NCBI GenBank assembly: GCA_002104905.1
Contig: MCFE01000698.1
Coordinates: 1-44,227, forward strand
From: Basidiobolus meristosporus CBS 931.73
Lineage: Eukaryota > Fungi > Basidiobolomycota
Reading direction: 5' to 3'
Length of the DNA stretch: 44,227 nt
Each line of letters begins with the position of its first letter. Within the stretch, counting starts at the first letter, position 1. Made by a program: the position numbers and the translations under genes. Shown here one piece after another: positions 13,063 through 26,903 of this stretch. The notes beneath the pieces were generated by a model, which worked only from the letters and a program-made list of their open reading frames with translations, ran no database searches and was not told where the DNA came from.

Positions 13063-14130
13063 ATTGTGGAGAATATACCTCAAAACTCTTCATCCACTTC
13101 TGCAAAAATCATGGGACAAAGCAAGAGACTACTGCACCATACTCCCCAAAGAAAAATGGAGTAGCAGAATGTCCAAATAGATCAATAACTGACATGTTTT
13201 TTATCAATGACCCATAATCAAAAATTATCCTATGATGTTTGGGCGGAATCAGTTGGCAAAGCTGTATACCTTAAAAATAGGGGTTATAGCAGAATACTTT
13301 GTGACTCTTCTCCATTTAAAGCATGGTATGGACACAGATCAAGAGCAGAACATCTAAGAATATTTGAGTGTACAGCATATGCCAAGAAACTGCCTGGAAA
13401 TCAGTCAAATTTGAGCCAAAAAGTGTAAAAAGCCTATTTTTGGCCTACTGCTGTGAGAGTAAGATGTACAGACTCTACAATACCAAAGCAAAGAAGCCGA
13501 TTAAGTCCAGGGATGTGTTGTTTGATAAAAATTCAAAATTTTCACAAAAATTGACATCAGATAGTGACAAAAACTTAATCTCAAGTCCACCAATAATCAG
13601 TAATGAATCAGAGCAAAACAATGAGACCTTTTTCACTCCAAGAAACTCTACAACCATGGTTCACCCTGAATCAGTGCCCAGAAATATCCCAGAAGTGATC
13701 ATTCTAGTGTTATATGCCAGGAGATTCAACTGGACAAGAAATAGCTCAAATTACTATATCAATGAGGGTACAAACTTAGCCTATGCCTACTCAGTTTATA
13801 TTGATGAACCCCAGACCATGAAAGAGGCCCTAAATAGCCCTCAGACAGAGTTTTGGATATCTGCAATGACTGAGGAATATCAAGCCCTGATGGAAAATTA
13901 AACATGAGACTTAGTCAAATTACCAGTCAGCCAAAAATCAATTGGATGCAGATGGGTCTTTAAAACAAAGTATAAGGCTGATGGCACAATTGAAAGATAC
14001 GAAGCAAGACTTGTGGCCAAAGGATTCTCTCAAACAAAAGGACTTGACTATACAAAGACTTTTGCACCAAAAGCCAGTTTTAATTCCGTCAGATTGATAT
14101 TGACTAGTGCAGCCAAATACAAGTTCTTTA

Positions 14131-14479
14131 TGTTGTAAAAATTCGTAATTCCACCTAAATATTCACCTAACTTAGTCACTTAGATCATCACCTTCAAATC
14201 CTAGAGAATACTGACCAAATTCCTTGTTGGGATTTACTTGGAATGTTTTTACCAAAATACCAGGTACCCAGAACATGAAAATTCTCAAAGTTGTCCAAAC
14301 AGCCCCAAACTTTGCACACCTGTTCTTGGGACCTTCCTTAACCTACTCTATGTGTTTGTAATGCCAAGACCAGGTAAAAGTATAAATACTACTTTTACAT
14401 TCAATAAAGCATTAAGTGAAAACCACATAATCTACTTGATCTCCCAATCACTTCCAATATCTCCAAGACTCTTACAACA
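14131..14479 (+). mobile_element. Copia solo LTR inserted into the RT of Copia 2
   Basis: 349 bp, TGTTG...CAACA, near-perfect TSD CTTTA/CGTTA. The empty site reads KFFIHQMDVK. Confidence 0.88.
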
Positions 14480-15742
14480 CGTTATACATCAAATGGATGT
14501 AAAAACTGCATTTTTGAATGGAGTACTTGATCAGGATGCATATATGGACCAGTCTGATGGGCTTGTTGACCAAGATAACCCCCATTTGGTCTGCAAGCTT
14601 AGAAAATCTCTCTATGGTCTCAAACAATCACCAAGAGCCTGGAATTGCAAGATAGATTCTTATTTGGAATCTTGGAGTTTTAGAAGGAGTAATGCTGACT
14701 AAAGTATAAACTATAAGCCAGATAGAGAAAATCCATTTCTATTAGCTCTATATAGGGATGATCTAATTGTAGCCACCAATAATATAGAAACTTTGGATCA
14801 GACTAAATCCGGCCTATCTAAAGAGTTCAAGATGTCCAATCCAGGAGAACTCAGTTATTACCTAGGGATAAGGTTCTCCATAGACAGAGGTACCCAGACT
14901 ATCACCCTAAGCCAATCCAAGTATATTCAAGATATACTAAAGAAGTATCAAATGGAAGACTGTAAACTGGCAGCTACCCTTATGGAGACAAACCTTAATG
15001 TGGTCAAGACTCAACCAAATCAAGAGAGCTTGGTGCCATCTGAAAGCCCTGAATTTCCTTATTGGTCTATGGTTGGCAGTCTGATGTATAACATGCTTGG
15101 AACATGTACAGATATTTCACATTCAGTGGGAGTTGTCAGCCAATATAGTTGGAACTATGGATCTGATCATATTGCAGCAGTTAAATAGATTTTTAGATAC
15201 CTAAAAGGAACTGCTGATATCTGCTTAAGATATACTTATAATGATTCAGAACAGAATCTTGTGGGATACTCTGATGCTGATTGGGGACAAAATTTAGAAG
15301 ACAGAAGATCCACCACAGGATACACCTTTCTTTACTGTAAAGGAGCAATATCATGGAATTCAAGAAAGCAACCAACCGTAGCACTTTCCACCACAGAGGC
15401 AGAGTAAATGGCAGCCTGTGAAGCTACAAAAGAAGCAATGTGGTTAAGAAAGCTGTTTACAGATTTAGGCCTATGTCAAAAAATGCGTATTACTTTATTT
15501 CAAGATAATCAAGGATGTATACAATTAGGTAGAAATCCAACTTTTCATGCTAGAACCAAGCACATAGATATTAGACATCATTTCATACGTGAAGCTATAG
15601 AGAATAGCTTAGTTAGCTTAGTTTACTGTCCTACAGATGAAATGATTGCAGACATATTTACCAAACCATTAGCTAGAGACAAGTTTGAATATCTTAGGTC
15701 AAAATTAGGACTAGTCAGTATGAACATTTAGCTGAGTGGGAG

Positions 15743-16091
15743 TGTTGTAAAAATTCGGAATTCCACCTAAATATTCACCTAACTTAGTCACTTAGATCAT
15801 TACCTTCAAATCCTAGAGAATACTGACCAAATTCCTTGTCGGGATTTACTTAGAATATTTTCACCAAAATACCAGGTACCCAGAACATGAAAATTTGATA
15901 AGTTGTCCAAACAGCCCCAAACTTTGCACGCATGTTATTGGGACCTTCCTTAACCTATTCTACGTGTTTGTAATGCCAAGATCAGGTAAAAGTATAAATA
16001 CTACTTTTACATTCAATAAATCATTAAGTGAAAACCACATAATCTACTTGTTCTCCCAATTACTTCCAATATCTCCAAGACTCTTACAACA
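15743..16091 (+). repeat. 3' LTR of Copia 2
   Basis: 349 bp after the PPT; same family as the other Copia LTRs. Confidence 0.9.
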
Positions 16092-16254
16092 TGGATAACA
16101 TATTGAATACTATGTCCCAGGTACCAGATATTTTGGTGAAACATTCCAGGTGAATTCTGGCCAGGAATTTGCACAGAGTTCTCTAAGATTTGTGAGCCAT
16201 GATCTAAATGACCAAGTTAAGTGAATAGTAGGTGTGATTGTGAAATGCACAACA
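16092..16254 (-). repeat. Older, diverged partial Copia-family LTR in opposite orientation
   Basis: GGTACCAGATATTTTGGTGAA...CACAACA resembles the right half of the LTR at 2392-2740. Confidence 0.55.
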
Positions 16255-17227
16255 TTTGCCACAAATCCCAGGAATTTACAGAATGGTCAAGGGTCAGACA
16301 ACATGGTTTTGTGGTAGTAATTGTTAAGCCCATAGGTATAGGCCAAGGCAGAAGATACCATAGGGGTATGACTACACTGCATCCATGAATCAATACCGGA
16401 AGGTGGCATACTAACCGTTCATGAACGGGCCCTACTGCTCACCGATTATGCTACACCACATCATAAAAACCTGGGTCACTTGTCTGGTATCGGAGTTGAA
16501 ACTAGATGCCCGAATCAAGGACACATATTCCCCTTTGTTAAACCTGGAAAAATGATGCTGGGTAGATTGGCATTAGTATGAAACAACGGCACCAAGCTAG
16601 CTTAGTAAACAAGCGAGACTACGATCAGCACCATGTTTAGGATCCAGAAACGGCACCATTCACCCAGCAGTAACCGATCACCCTATCCCCGACGCCCGAG
16701 ACCTTGCATGTGACGCATATAGGTTTGCGTGGAAGTGGATGTAACGGGTAAGGTCCAAGCACCGGATTATCAACCCGGTTACTGAAACGAAACGGGCCTG
16801 CTAACCATTTTACGCCGAATGCCAAGTTCCTGGGGCGATCCAGGATCAAAGTTTGGTATTAATGTAAGGGCGGATTCCATCGAGCGCCAATTTGCCTAAT
16901 AATCATCGACCGACATGATGAATGGATGCAGCAAATAAGTGATCGGTGGGCTCGATTCTGTGGAATGACCATGACGTAGGGCGGACTTGAATTGCGGTAG
17001 TGATCCTTCCAATGGCCTTGGCTGGAGATGGTTTACCGATGCGCGGCACACCAATCACTCGCCGTCCCTCGAAGCCTCACCAATGGGCGGTCCCGACCGA
17101 ATCGATGATTGGAAATTTCCTCGAAACGACTCATCCAGATTCATGGTGTCTTTCCAGAATACTTGGCTTTACTTTCATTGGAAAGCAACCCATTCCACTG
17201 GTGCCATATAAAGTGGCATGGTAACCT

Positions 17228-18041
17228 ATGGCAAAACCAACATCACATATCTCCAGCATGCCTGTCACATCGACCCCTTCCAACACCACGGCTCAAAAGA
17301 GTAACCCGAATCACGAGGAGCCCAAGGAGAGACATGACAAGCCGGTGCCACTCGACCTAATGCGGCTTACTCCAACTTCGACCTGCTCCCTTTATTCGGG
17401 AAGTCAATTCAGAGGAGAGCAGAAAAGCGGGAGACACAGTTACCAAGTTAGTGTAGACATCCAGGTTAGTCCGGCCAGTCTAGCTTCAAGCCATCCTGTC
17501 GACTAACTTCCCCCGATCAGCATGTCAATCTCGATGATTCTTACCTGTGTGGATATTTGCACATCCATGGATTGACCGACGATTACCCGGAGCTGACCAC
17601 CTTCTTCGACGCCGAAATCATCGGCCCCAAATACTCCTTTCTGACTCGCAAATGGGAGGTAGACGAGATGATCGACAAACAACACTGGGTAAGTAGTTTC
17701 GTCACGGCCAGCCGATCGGTGCTTCCACTAACCTAGCCCCCATGTAGCTCAAGTTCCCAGCCTTCAAGGAGTACTCCAAGCTGTTCAACCAGGACAGCTT
17801 CAACTACAACATCAAGAACACCGACTTCATCTTCATGCGGTGGAAGGAGCAGTTCCTGATCCCTGACCATCGCATCCACTCGGTCAATGGGGCCAGCTTC
17901 GAGGGGTTCTACTACATCTGCTTCCAGCTCTCCACCGGCACCATCACCGGCTACTACTACCACAAGAACGCCGAGTGGTTCCAAAAGCTGCACCTCCAAC
18001 ACATCCCACGTCAATCTTCCTCGTCTTTTGAGTTTCGCTGA
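17228..18041 (+). CDS. GID4: GID/CTLH complex substrate receptor Gid4/Vid24; 3 exons (17228-17464, 17521-17688, 17748-18041), ~232 aa
   Basis: Spliced protein has [58 protein letters not shown] and GYYYH, which are Gid4 beta-barrel motifs. Canonical GT-AG introns keep frame. Confidence 0.92.
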
Positions 18042-18415
18042 GGGTCCGCGACTTGCTTTGTGTATTATAGAGGGGTCTACTCTTGTATACTAGCCTTAAT
18101 GTTATTATTATTAGAATCTCTTTATTAGTAAACCCACTTCATCTACCTCGATACCGTGTTGAGAATCTACCTGGTTTGCGGCCCGTGGAGCCCTAATTCG
18201 TTGGCCCCGGGGCGATCGGCCCTCGCGGAATGTGGGGGAGGAAGGGTGGCCACAAGGCTAGCGTCAACAGCGGGGGAGTGTATGATAGGGCCAATGGGTG
18301 GATCAAAAATGGGCTTTATTCAATGTGGGCTGTTTATACATGGATTAAGAAATCCCAGATTTACAAATGGTTGGTGAGGTCAATGACAGATCGGCCGGCG
18401 GTTGGATGGGGAATG

Positions 18416-19549
18416 CTAGTAGGAAGTGATGGCTCTGATGGGAACGGTGTGTACATCGGATGACTCGTAGGCCGGTGGCAGCCCCGCAGGCAGCTGAAGC
18501 CGAAGGCGGGGAACAACGCTCTCGTAGCTAGGTAGCGGGATGCCCAGCTCGTACTGGGGTAAACAATCAAGCGCCTCCTCCAGGGACCCAGGGATGATCA
18601 AAATCGGGATTGCGGCCAAGATCTTGGTGAGGGTGCCATTAGGCTCCACCACCTCAATCTGCGCCTTGAGCTTGTGCCTGATCTGAATCAAATCCGTCTC
18701 GCAGTCGTACTGGATCATCTCCAAAGCCTTGGGGACGACCACGGTGGCCTGCTTCTCGATCAGCCTGGTTAAGCGACGGGGCCTGAAGTCCTCGTCAAAG
18801 CAGATCTGATGGGAATGGACCCGGTGGGAATTGGCGCCGCTGGATTCATAACGAACATACTCCTTGAGTGAGCAGCTAACCCGCTCCACCTGCAGCCCTT
18901 CCACCAGCGGGTGAAGTTTAAATCCGACTGTGATGGACTCCCCCTCGCCGAAGGCTCGATAAGGAACACTGAATTCGTAAGCAAGCTTATCTTCCCACAG
19001 ATCCGAAATCACCACCGCCTGCATCAATTCGGTGGCCATCGAGGAGACCTGTCGCTTGATGAAAACGCTCCTGGTGGAGTAGTAGTTCGAGTGGAATCTG
19101 GGGCGTTCTACGTGTGCGGTGAGCAAATACTCGATGGCACCATGCTCTGTTCTTACGGTTTCCGGGATATCCCCGCTTAGCGGGAGTTCGAAGTCGAAAA
19201 CGTGCTGGCCGCTGGCGAGAGTCCTGGACTTCTTGCCTACATCGAGGAAGGTCCAGGTGTGGTCGACGATGGTGCGTTTGATGTTGTGTGCGCGATGTAC
19301 GTATTGTCCTGGGAGACTGTGGGTTAGTCGGAGCTCTAAGGGAGGCTGAAGAAACGAACGGAACTTACCTTCATTCCAGGACAACTGGGCTAGCCCGGAA
19401 AAATTCAGCCAGATCTTCTTGACCCGGCGACTTCTTGGGAAGTTGAGGACCAAGGAGCCGCGCAACACGCAGCCGGCAGACTCCGAACGAGCCCCGTTTA
19501 ATATTAGGTGGTTCTCTGACAAACGAATCTCAATACATGAAGAATTCAT
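18416..19549 (-). CDS. Alpha-arrestin (ART-type ubiquitin-ligase adaptor), ~357 aa, one 60-bp intron (19309-19368)
   Basis: LRGSLVL...W, GQHVFDFELPLSGDIPETV, IEYLL.A.VERP, C-terminal LPQY/LPSY/PPAY PY motifs. The GTAAGT...CTAAC...CAG intron is in frame, so the ORF track reads through it. Confidence 0.88.
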   Translation of the reverse strand: MNSSCIEIRLSENHLILNGARSESAGCVLRGSLVLNFPRSRRVKKIWLNFSGLAQLSWNEGKFRSFLQPPLELRLTHSLPGQYVHRAHNIKRTIVDHTWTFLDVGKKSRTLASGQHVFDFELPLSGDIPETVRTEHGAIEYLLTAHVERPRFHSNYYSTRSVFIKRQVSSMATELMQAVVISDLWEDKLAYEFSVPYRAFGEGESITVGFKLHPLVEGLQVERVSCSLKEYVRYESSGANSHRVHSHQICFDEDFRPRRLTRLIEKQATVVVPKALEMIQYDCETDLIQIRHKLKAQIEVVEPNGTLTKILAAIPILIIPGSLEEALDCLPQYELGIPLPSYESVVPRLRLQLPAGLPPAYESSDVHTVPIRAITSY

Positions 19550-20060
19550 TCCTGCTCTACAGATGGTTGATGAATATTAAAAGCGGTCGATGGTCATCAG
19601 GAGATAGTTTATATACAACGGTGGAGTGCCTATTGTTGTCACCGATAATTCCAAAAAAGGCGGCAGCTTTTTTAGGTCATCATTGCCATATCTGATTCAA
19701 TCTGGACTATAGAATGCCAACCAGATCAGGCAAGTGCAGCAGTAGTATAACCAAAGCAATCCTGGGTGCCAATGGCTTGCTTGAAAGAGGGTTTATATAC
19801 CTTAATAAATACATCGCCGAGCAATTGGCGAGAGGAGCCCCAAGGCGGGCGATTTTTAAATTAAAGATGAAAAATTGGCTATAGTACAGCGCGGTTCAGG
19901 CCAAACCCAATGTGGCGGACATTGGAAGGTTTACTGAGCCTATGCGGGTGATTTTGTGCATCCAAGCCGGGAGTGGAAATCCGACCTGTGTGCACATCGC
20001 AAGTGTGCGCCGACATTACGAAATCACTCGGTTGGAACCTGGGACAGGGACCACAGGCAG

Positions 20061-20134
20061 ATGAAAATGGAAATGGCCATGGTGATGGCGATGGTGATGG
20101 TGATGGTGATGCGGATGTGGATGTGGATGTGGAT
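20061..20134. repeat. Compound hexamer microsatellite (GATGGT)n/(GATGTG)n
   Basis: Directly visible. Confidence 0.8.
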
Positions 20135-20456
20135 AAGAATATTTGTTTGTTGTTGGCAATCTCCGTTTATATGATGATACGAGATTCTCCATCCGCTTCC
20201 ATGGAGTTAAGTCGTCGGAAATTTAAAAATAGTTGTGAATGGAATTCTTTCCAAAACATCGGTCACCAATCTTCCCCAGCATTGCATTTTTTGGCAATTA
20301 CTCGAGCCGTGGTACGGCTTCAGGTCGCCTTCCATTTCGAAGCCGGCAGGCTCGGCGTCCAATGATACATTTTATTTATATGGATTAAAGCAAGAGTTGA
20401 GCTAGACTGGCTTAAAAAAACTTGGCAACATTGCTATTCGTACTAGGTTGGCTGCT

Positions 20457-21215
20457 TCAAGAAATCACCTTGAATTTCAAGTGGGACTCGTAGAATTTGA
20501 TGACCTAGCGAGATTGGTTACGGTTATGGGCGAGCGCTCGAAGATCCACGACTGGATGCTTACCTTTTGTGGACATCTCTTGTTGGCATCCTCGGCATTG
20601 TGAACTGTTCTCTTGCCATTTTTCCTGGGGGATTCACATTAGATGGTGCGCTGTCGCCACCAAGTCGAAATGTACTTACCAAATAAGATAGATTTTCAGC
20701 TGGTCCGACTCGTCACGTTCAACTGTCTCTACCTCTTTAACTTGATCCTCCCAGCTCTCAGGGTCTTCGCCATTGACTGGCCTTTTGGCTGGTGAGGCGA
20801 TGTCCTCGTCAGAGCTTTCTGACTTGGCTCTCTTGGCTGGTTTGCGTGCGTTTTTGGGACCAGGCGTGTTTTTGGGGATTTCCTTGCTCTTCAGGTACTC
20901 CTCAATCAGCTCGTGGCAGAAAAGATTATCTTCGTCTTCCCAGGTGTTGTCTTCCTCTGGATATCCCTTCCACTTGAGGAAGTATTGGGTTTTGTTCTGG
21001 GGAGAAGGGTTAGGTTAATGTCGTTGTTCCGAAGGCTGCAGAGCCAAACAGTAGCACATGCAGCTTACCCCGCGTTTTCGATGGTTCACTACTTTCTCCA
21101 CAACGTAGACCTCCTCCTCTTCTTCTTCTTCCTCCTCCTTTTCTTCGCTGATAGCCACTGGCTCTTCCTCGACCCTCATCTGGTCTTCAACTTGATGTTC
21201 ATCACCGCTGGACAT
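20457..21215 (-). CDS. HP1/Swi6-like heterochromatin protein (chromodomain + chromoshadow); 4 exons (21215-21069, 20996-20680, 20624-20564, 20504-20457), ~190 aa
   Basis: Acidic N-terminus, [26 protein letters not shown] chromodomain, basic hinge, [21 protein letters not shown]...[13 protein letters not shown] chromoshadow. Three canonical GTAAG introns. Confidence 0.9.
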
Positions 21216-22328
21216 ACTTAAAGAACTGTGTTGGATTGGTAATTTGTAGCTGACGATCGGGCGAACTGTTGAAGTACCTGTATCTAACAAAACTACAGAA
21301 GATTAGTACACCACATCAATGGCCAAGCAGGACCAGTGCCAGCAAATGAAAGTACCCCCAAAAAACTCTTAAACTTCCTACACGAGAAACGCGAAACAGA
21401 AAAACAAATTGAAAACCCTCACGAACTGGAAAGTATCTAAGAAAAATCGGAGCTCATGAGCGTTGAGAAATCGACCCCGCATCGGATTCACTGATCCCAG
21501 CTAATCCTCGAGCATCCAGTATCCACGTAATATCCGCCGGTTGTTGTTTATCGTATTCGGCCATTTAATCAGGATTCCTTCTCGAAACTCCGCCCTTCGC
21601 CGGGGGTTGATCGGACTTTAAGCAGGGGTATGCCAAAGGGAAATGCTTCATGCTGTCGCAAGATCCTTTGCTACTCATCCGTGGCCAATACTGCGCCAGG
21701 GAAGTGCATGTTTCTCGTTACGCGGACCCAACCTTATTTACACTAAAGGCCCGACATAGAAACAACACCCGCCCAAGGCCATGTTTCTCTAGCTTGGAGT
21801 GCCCAGGCTTGCTGGACCAATCGATTGGGCCTCGTCGACGCTCGTGGCGTTACAACTTACAAGTCTACATTGTTGAAACCGGGTCTAAAGAGGGTAGAAT
21901 TAACCCAGCCATTAAGGACATATGCAATCACTCGCTTCCACCAAACCCTGGAGAGAGTCAGCGATGCAAGGATTTCTACCACAAGTGGATTTAATACTGC
22001 ATTTTCCGGAGATCCTGGCGACGTCCCTACCTAATTGGCTTATATTATATATTGGGGCTGAATAGATTCGATATATTCATGGCAAATAAAGTTTGGTGCC
22101 CAAAGTGGGTGGTTATGTGTGTTGCATCATTCTCAATGTGTTCCATTAAATGAAATCCTAAATGATGCTTCGACTGCAGAATTCTCGAAATTATTCCTTT
22201 CTCACCAAGTGGAATATATTTCTCTAGTGTTACCACTTCCACCCTATTCGGTTCCCCAGTGAGTTTTCTCTATTTCTGTCCTTTCGTCTCCCGAGCGCCT
22301 TTCGTTTCTTTCTATCTCTTCCGCAAAC

Positions 22329-23639
22329 ATGCAAACTGCCCTTGAGAGCTCCTATTTCAACGTCGAGGATGGTTACTTGGAGGGTATTGTCCGTGGCTAC
22401 CGTGGCGGTATCCTCAACAGCACCCAGTACCTCAACTTGAGCCAATGTGAAAACTTGGAAGGTTCTTAGCCCGTCGCGATGCTTTCTTCTGTGCGTAGAA
22501 CGTTCACTGACCTCGTCACCTGTTCTTTCCTCCTATAGATTTCAAACTGCAACTTGCCTCTACCGATTATGGCAACTTCCTCCAAAACGAGCCTTCACCC
22601 CTCGCTACCTCGGTCATCTCCGAAAAGTGCACCGAGAAGTTTGTTGAGGAATTCGAGTATGTTCGCACCCAAGCCGCTGCACCCCTCGCGAAATTCCTTG
22701 ATTACATGACGTAAGTATTCCCGGCCGCACACTATCCCAGGACCCAGGATTTACCCACTTCTTTCCAGCTACGCTTATATGATCGACAATGTCATCTTGT
22801 TGATCACCGGCACTCTTCACGAGCGTGACACACACGAGTTGCTCGACAGATGCCATCCCCTAGGCGTTTTTGATTCCATGCCTGCACTCTGTGTCGCTAC
22901 CAACGTGTCTGAGCTATACAACACCGTCATTGTCGATACCCCCTTAGGTTGGTTGACTGACTCGACCGTTTCCGGACTCCCACTGACATGGGTTTATTTT
23001 TCCTAGCTCCCTACTTCAGAGAATGCCTTTCTGCCAACGATTTAAATGAGATGAACATCGAGATCATCAGAAACACCCTATACAAGGCCTACTTAGAAGA
23101 CTTCTTCCACTACTGCCTCACTCTCGGCCCCACCACCGCCGAGGTCATGAGCGATATCCTTCAGGTGAGTCACCAATAGTCTTTTTCTCCAAAGAAAATG
23201 CCCAACCGCTTTATCCATTCTTTAGTTCGAGGCTGATCGTCGTTGCATCAACATCACCATCAACTCCTTCGGTACTGAGCTCTCCAAGAGTGATCGCGCC
23301 AGCCTGTTCCCTACCATTGGTCGCCTTTATCCCGACGGTTGCTCCAAGCTTGCCCGCGCCGATGACATCGAGAGTGTCAAGGTTGCCTGTGATGTTTTCT
23401 CAGAATACCGACCATTCTTCGACAACTCTCTCCAAGGACAGTCCAAGACGCTGGAAGACAAGTTCTTCGAGTACGAGGTCCACCTGAACAAACTCTCCTT
23501 CTACCAGCAATTCCACTACGGCATTTTCTACAGCTGGTTGAGATTGAAGGAGCAGGAGATCCGTAACATCGTCTGGATTGCCGAGTGCATCCAGCAACAG
23601 CAGAAAGAAAGAATTAACAGTTACATTCCGATCTTCTAA
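22329..23639 (+). CDS. VMA6: V-ATPase V0 subunit d, 5 exons
   Basis: [75 protein letters not shown]. Confidence 0.97.
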
Positions 23640-23985
23640 ACTCAGTCATAATTCCATACCAGTCATTCCAACCCGTCTGGCCATGCCGTTCCATTTCTCT
23701 TTTCCACTCCCACACCCACCCCCACCCCACCCCTTCGTTCCCTCGACTATTCCAACAACTGATTTTATTATTAATAATATAAAGATTCAATTTCAAACAT
23801 ACCCATTCCTCCAAATCCCTCGTATTGGCTCAGGGAAATTTGTTTACAACAGATTGTTTTGTTTACTGGGTCCGATTTGGTGCCAATTTCTGTAGGTGAT
23901 CTACCTGCTAGCTAGGCCTTCAAAAAGTCCCCACTACCTCAATCCACTTTATCCGTTTTTCTGCTTGAACCACCAGCCGTCACTT

Positions 23986-26903
23986 ATGCCTAGTCTAGCG
24001 CCGACGAATCATTCTACTGAGGGGGAGTTGCTTGGCCTCAACGAGTCGGTCTCCAGATTTGCCACCAAACTTGAGAGGACCAAGGTGAGCTCTCCGGCAA
24101 GGTGTCGAGTGTGTCTTTGTACTGACCGTGCTTCCATTTAGGCCAATGTTTACGAAACCATCAACAGGTACCGAAGAGCTGGAGCTTTCACATCTGACCT
24201 GTGCTAATTTGTGTTTCTTCTAGTCATTACCAAGAGTTTATCAACACGTACAAGTATTGCATGGACCTGCAAGATGAGGTTTTGGAGTTGGGGGACGAAT
24301 TGGTGCAGTTGAACTCTAGGGTATCTTCGGAACTGGTATCAGTCTTTGTAGCCTTCGCTTTGCCCACTTTCACCTAGCTAAGAGCATTCTGCGCCTACTT
24401 AGGATGAGGATTCCAAACAAGCCAAGTTGATTAAGAAACAGATCGAAGAGTTCGATGGCCTTGTGGATGCACTTCATTTGTTAGCCAAGGTGGGTGGATC
24501 CGAACTGGTTTGGTGCTATACAAGCTCGTGTGCTGATAATCAATCGACTACATTAGGTTCATAGGCAGTTGCAGGACTTCGACGGTTTGATCGAGATGGG
24601 TGAATTCATCACTGCAGCCGGCTCGTTGTCGGAGATGGTAATTGACCAGATGCATATGGCCATTGCCAGTAGCTTACCTGAATTGCCTCGTAGAGTTCTA
24701 TGATCGAGCAGCTCTCCAACGGCTCCGGAGTGACCTGTGACCCAGCCATTTTGAAGCTAATCAAGGTGAGTATACCGGGCCCAATCCACTTGTACGGCCG
24801 AACCAACAAACTGAACGAATCCTGCAGGAGCACTACATCAAGAAGAAGAGCTCGTTGAAGTTTCGCCTGGACGAGCTGTACAACTCCGCCTTGCTTTTCA
24901 CCAACAAGAATCGCGTCTCAGAGCTCATGGTGAACTTTCGCCTGTCAGGTAAGCGAGGCGCATTCGTGGCCCGCATGGATTATACTGATCGCAGTTCGTA
25001 GCCGCACATACCGCGAAATATTACGAGAACCCGTTGTCGTTGAATGACGTGTTCACCGCGTTCTCCGTCATGAACACACTGCACACCAAACTGAAGATTA
25101 TGGCGAAAACGATCATCGATCGGTTCGTCCAGCCGATCCTCGAGAATCCAAACCACGAACTGACGGTTCAAAAGAGCAAGTTCCACGTCACCCTGCGTTA
25201 CGGCAGCATCGCTGGAGGTGGCAAGTCGCGTGAAGCGTCAGCAGGTAAATCTCCTTCATTACTGCGTTGCTGGGATCCTCTCCTAATCACGCAGGGAATC
25301 ATCCGCAGATCCAACCAAGGTTTTCCAGAGGCTAGTTATGCTGGGCGAGTTCCTGAAGAAATACATCTTCGTCTCGGATTCGGATGACAACGAGGACGGT
25401 TCGATGTACATGCAGCTGTTTGGGAAGATATGGTGGCAAGATGTGTGGGATCTCGTTCTGCCCAGATGCTTGGCCCTCACCATCCCGGGAGATAGAGACC
25501 AGCTTGCCGCCTATGATGGGATCACGGAGATCGCTCTCGCCTTTGAAAAGAAGATGACGGAGCTGGGTAAGTTTCAACAAGCCCCACCTTTCCCCCGATT
25601 CTGGGACTGACCAAGCTTGCTTAGGCTTGATCCCGGAGGACAGTTGCTTCATCTCGAGCTTCGTCAAGAACATCTATGTTCACTACGCCAAAAAGAAGCG
25701 CTCCGAGCTGCTAGCCACCGCCCGTGAAATTCTCTTGAACGAAGACTACAACACAGTGGAGGTGACCCAAGGGACTGAGCGAGGTAACATCACTTGACTC
25801 CACTTGGCCAAGCGGTATCAATTAATCCTGGGTTTCACTGTAGGTGGAATCGCCGCTCTTGGTGGCGGGAAAGGGAAGCAGCAATCAGCGAACCCCAGCA
25901 AGCCCGGGCTAGAGCAAACCGGATTCAACGGTAAAGAAGGGCTGGAAGCCGGAGACGAAGGCTTTGCCCTCCCCACCTGCCATATAAGTGTTCAAACCCA
26001 AACCTTGGTCGAAATGGTTTACATGACTTTGGCTGAAGCCGAAAACGCACCGAAAGCAGGGTAAGTCATCGTCATCCTGTATGTGGCGGGGCCTCATATA
26101 CTCAACCTCAACCTCCCCACTGATCTAGTGCAATCGAACTCTATCTGTGTGCCAGAGACATATTCAATCTCTTCAGAGCCCTGGTTCCCATTCATAATGC
26201 GGACGCCATTGAAAACATCCCCTTGCGCTCGCTCATCTTCTACAACGATTGCGCCTACATCACCCACCATCTTCTGACGCTGGGTTACCAGCACAAGCAC
26301 TTCTTTCCCAGTCCGCTGGACCAAACTGGCACGTTCATAGACTTGGTTCCATACTTCCGAAACCTCGGCGAAGGCTGCTTCAAGAACCACATGAAGCGCC
26401 AGAAACTACAGATCCAACAAATCATCCGCGATGCCAGCGGATTTGGTGGAACCGCCGAGGATGATCGCTTTGACATGGTGGAACGGGCGGTCAAGCGACT
26501 GATTTACCATCTGAACCAATGGTCCAAGATTGCCAAGCCAACCCTCCCCACGCTTATCTACAGCAAATCTATGGGGCTCTTGGTCGACGCTTCATTGAGC
26601 GAAATAATTCAGGAAGTGCTTTCGCTGGCGAGTATTTCCAGGGATGAGACCCATCAGCTGAAATACATATTGCAGCTGTTGAGCAAATCCGAGAGCTGGT
26701 TCGTCCTGGAGAAAGGACGTGGCAAAAGCAAGTTGGTCGAGAAGCTGCCTATCCGAAAGTACGTCAACTCGTGGGACAAATACGAGACGGTCATCCATGT
26801 CCTTGAAAGCGATCTGCCTGACATCCAGAGCGAGCACGAGCGTGGTCTACTGAAAGAGCTCTCTCTCGATGAACAAAAATCGCTCATCCACGCATTGAAC
26901 TAA
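23986..26903 (+). CDS. ZW10: ZW10/Dsl1-family kinetochore and vesicle-tethering protein, multi-exon
   Basis: C-terminal ZW10 motifs PTCHIS, ARDIFNLFRALVP.H, FYNDCAYITHHLLTLG, TFIDLVPYFRNLG, LPTLIYSKSMG. Many GT-AG introns; 5' exon boundaries are less certain. Confidence 0.8.

Larger units (their letters stand above)
13062..16091 (+). mobile_element. 5'-truncated Copia element 2 (same family as 2392-6926)
   Basis: Begins in the integrase (CGEYTSKLFIHF), continues through RT and RNase H (TKHIDIRHHF), PPT and 3' LTR. No gag or 5' LTR. Confidence 0.9.

Noticed and set aside
19973-20365. 130-aa ORF with GD/VD repeats
   Set aside because: It is created by a hexamer microsatellite between two genes and has no protein-like motifs.
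21650-22034. ORFs or a small RNA gene in the HP1-VMA6 divergent promoter
   Set aside because: No recognisable domain, splice pattern or snRNA/7SL/5S motif.
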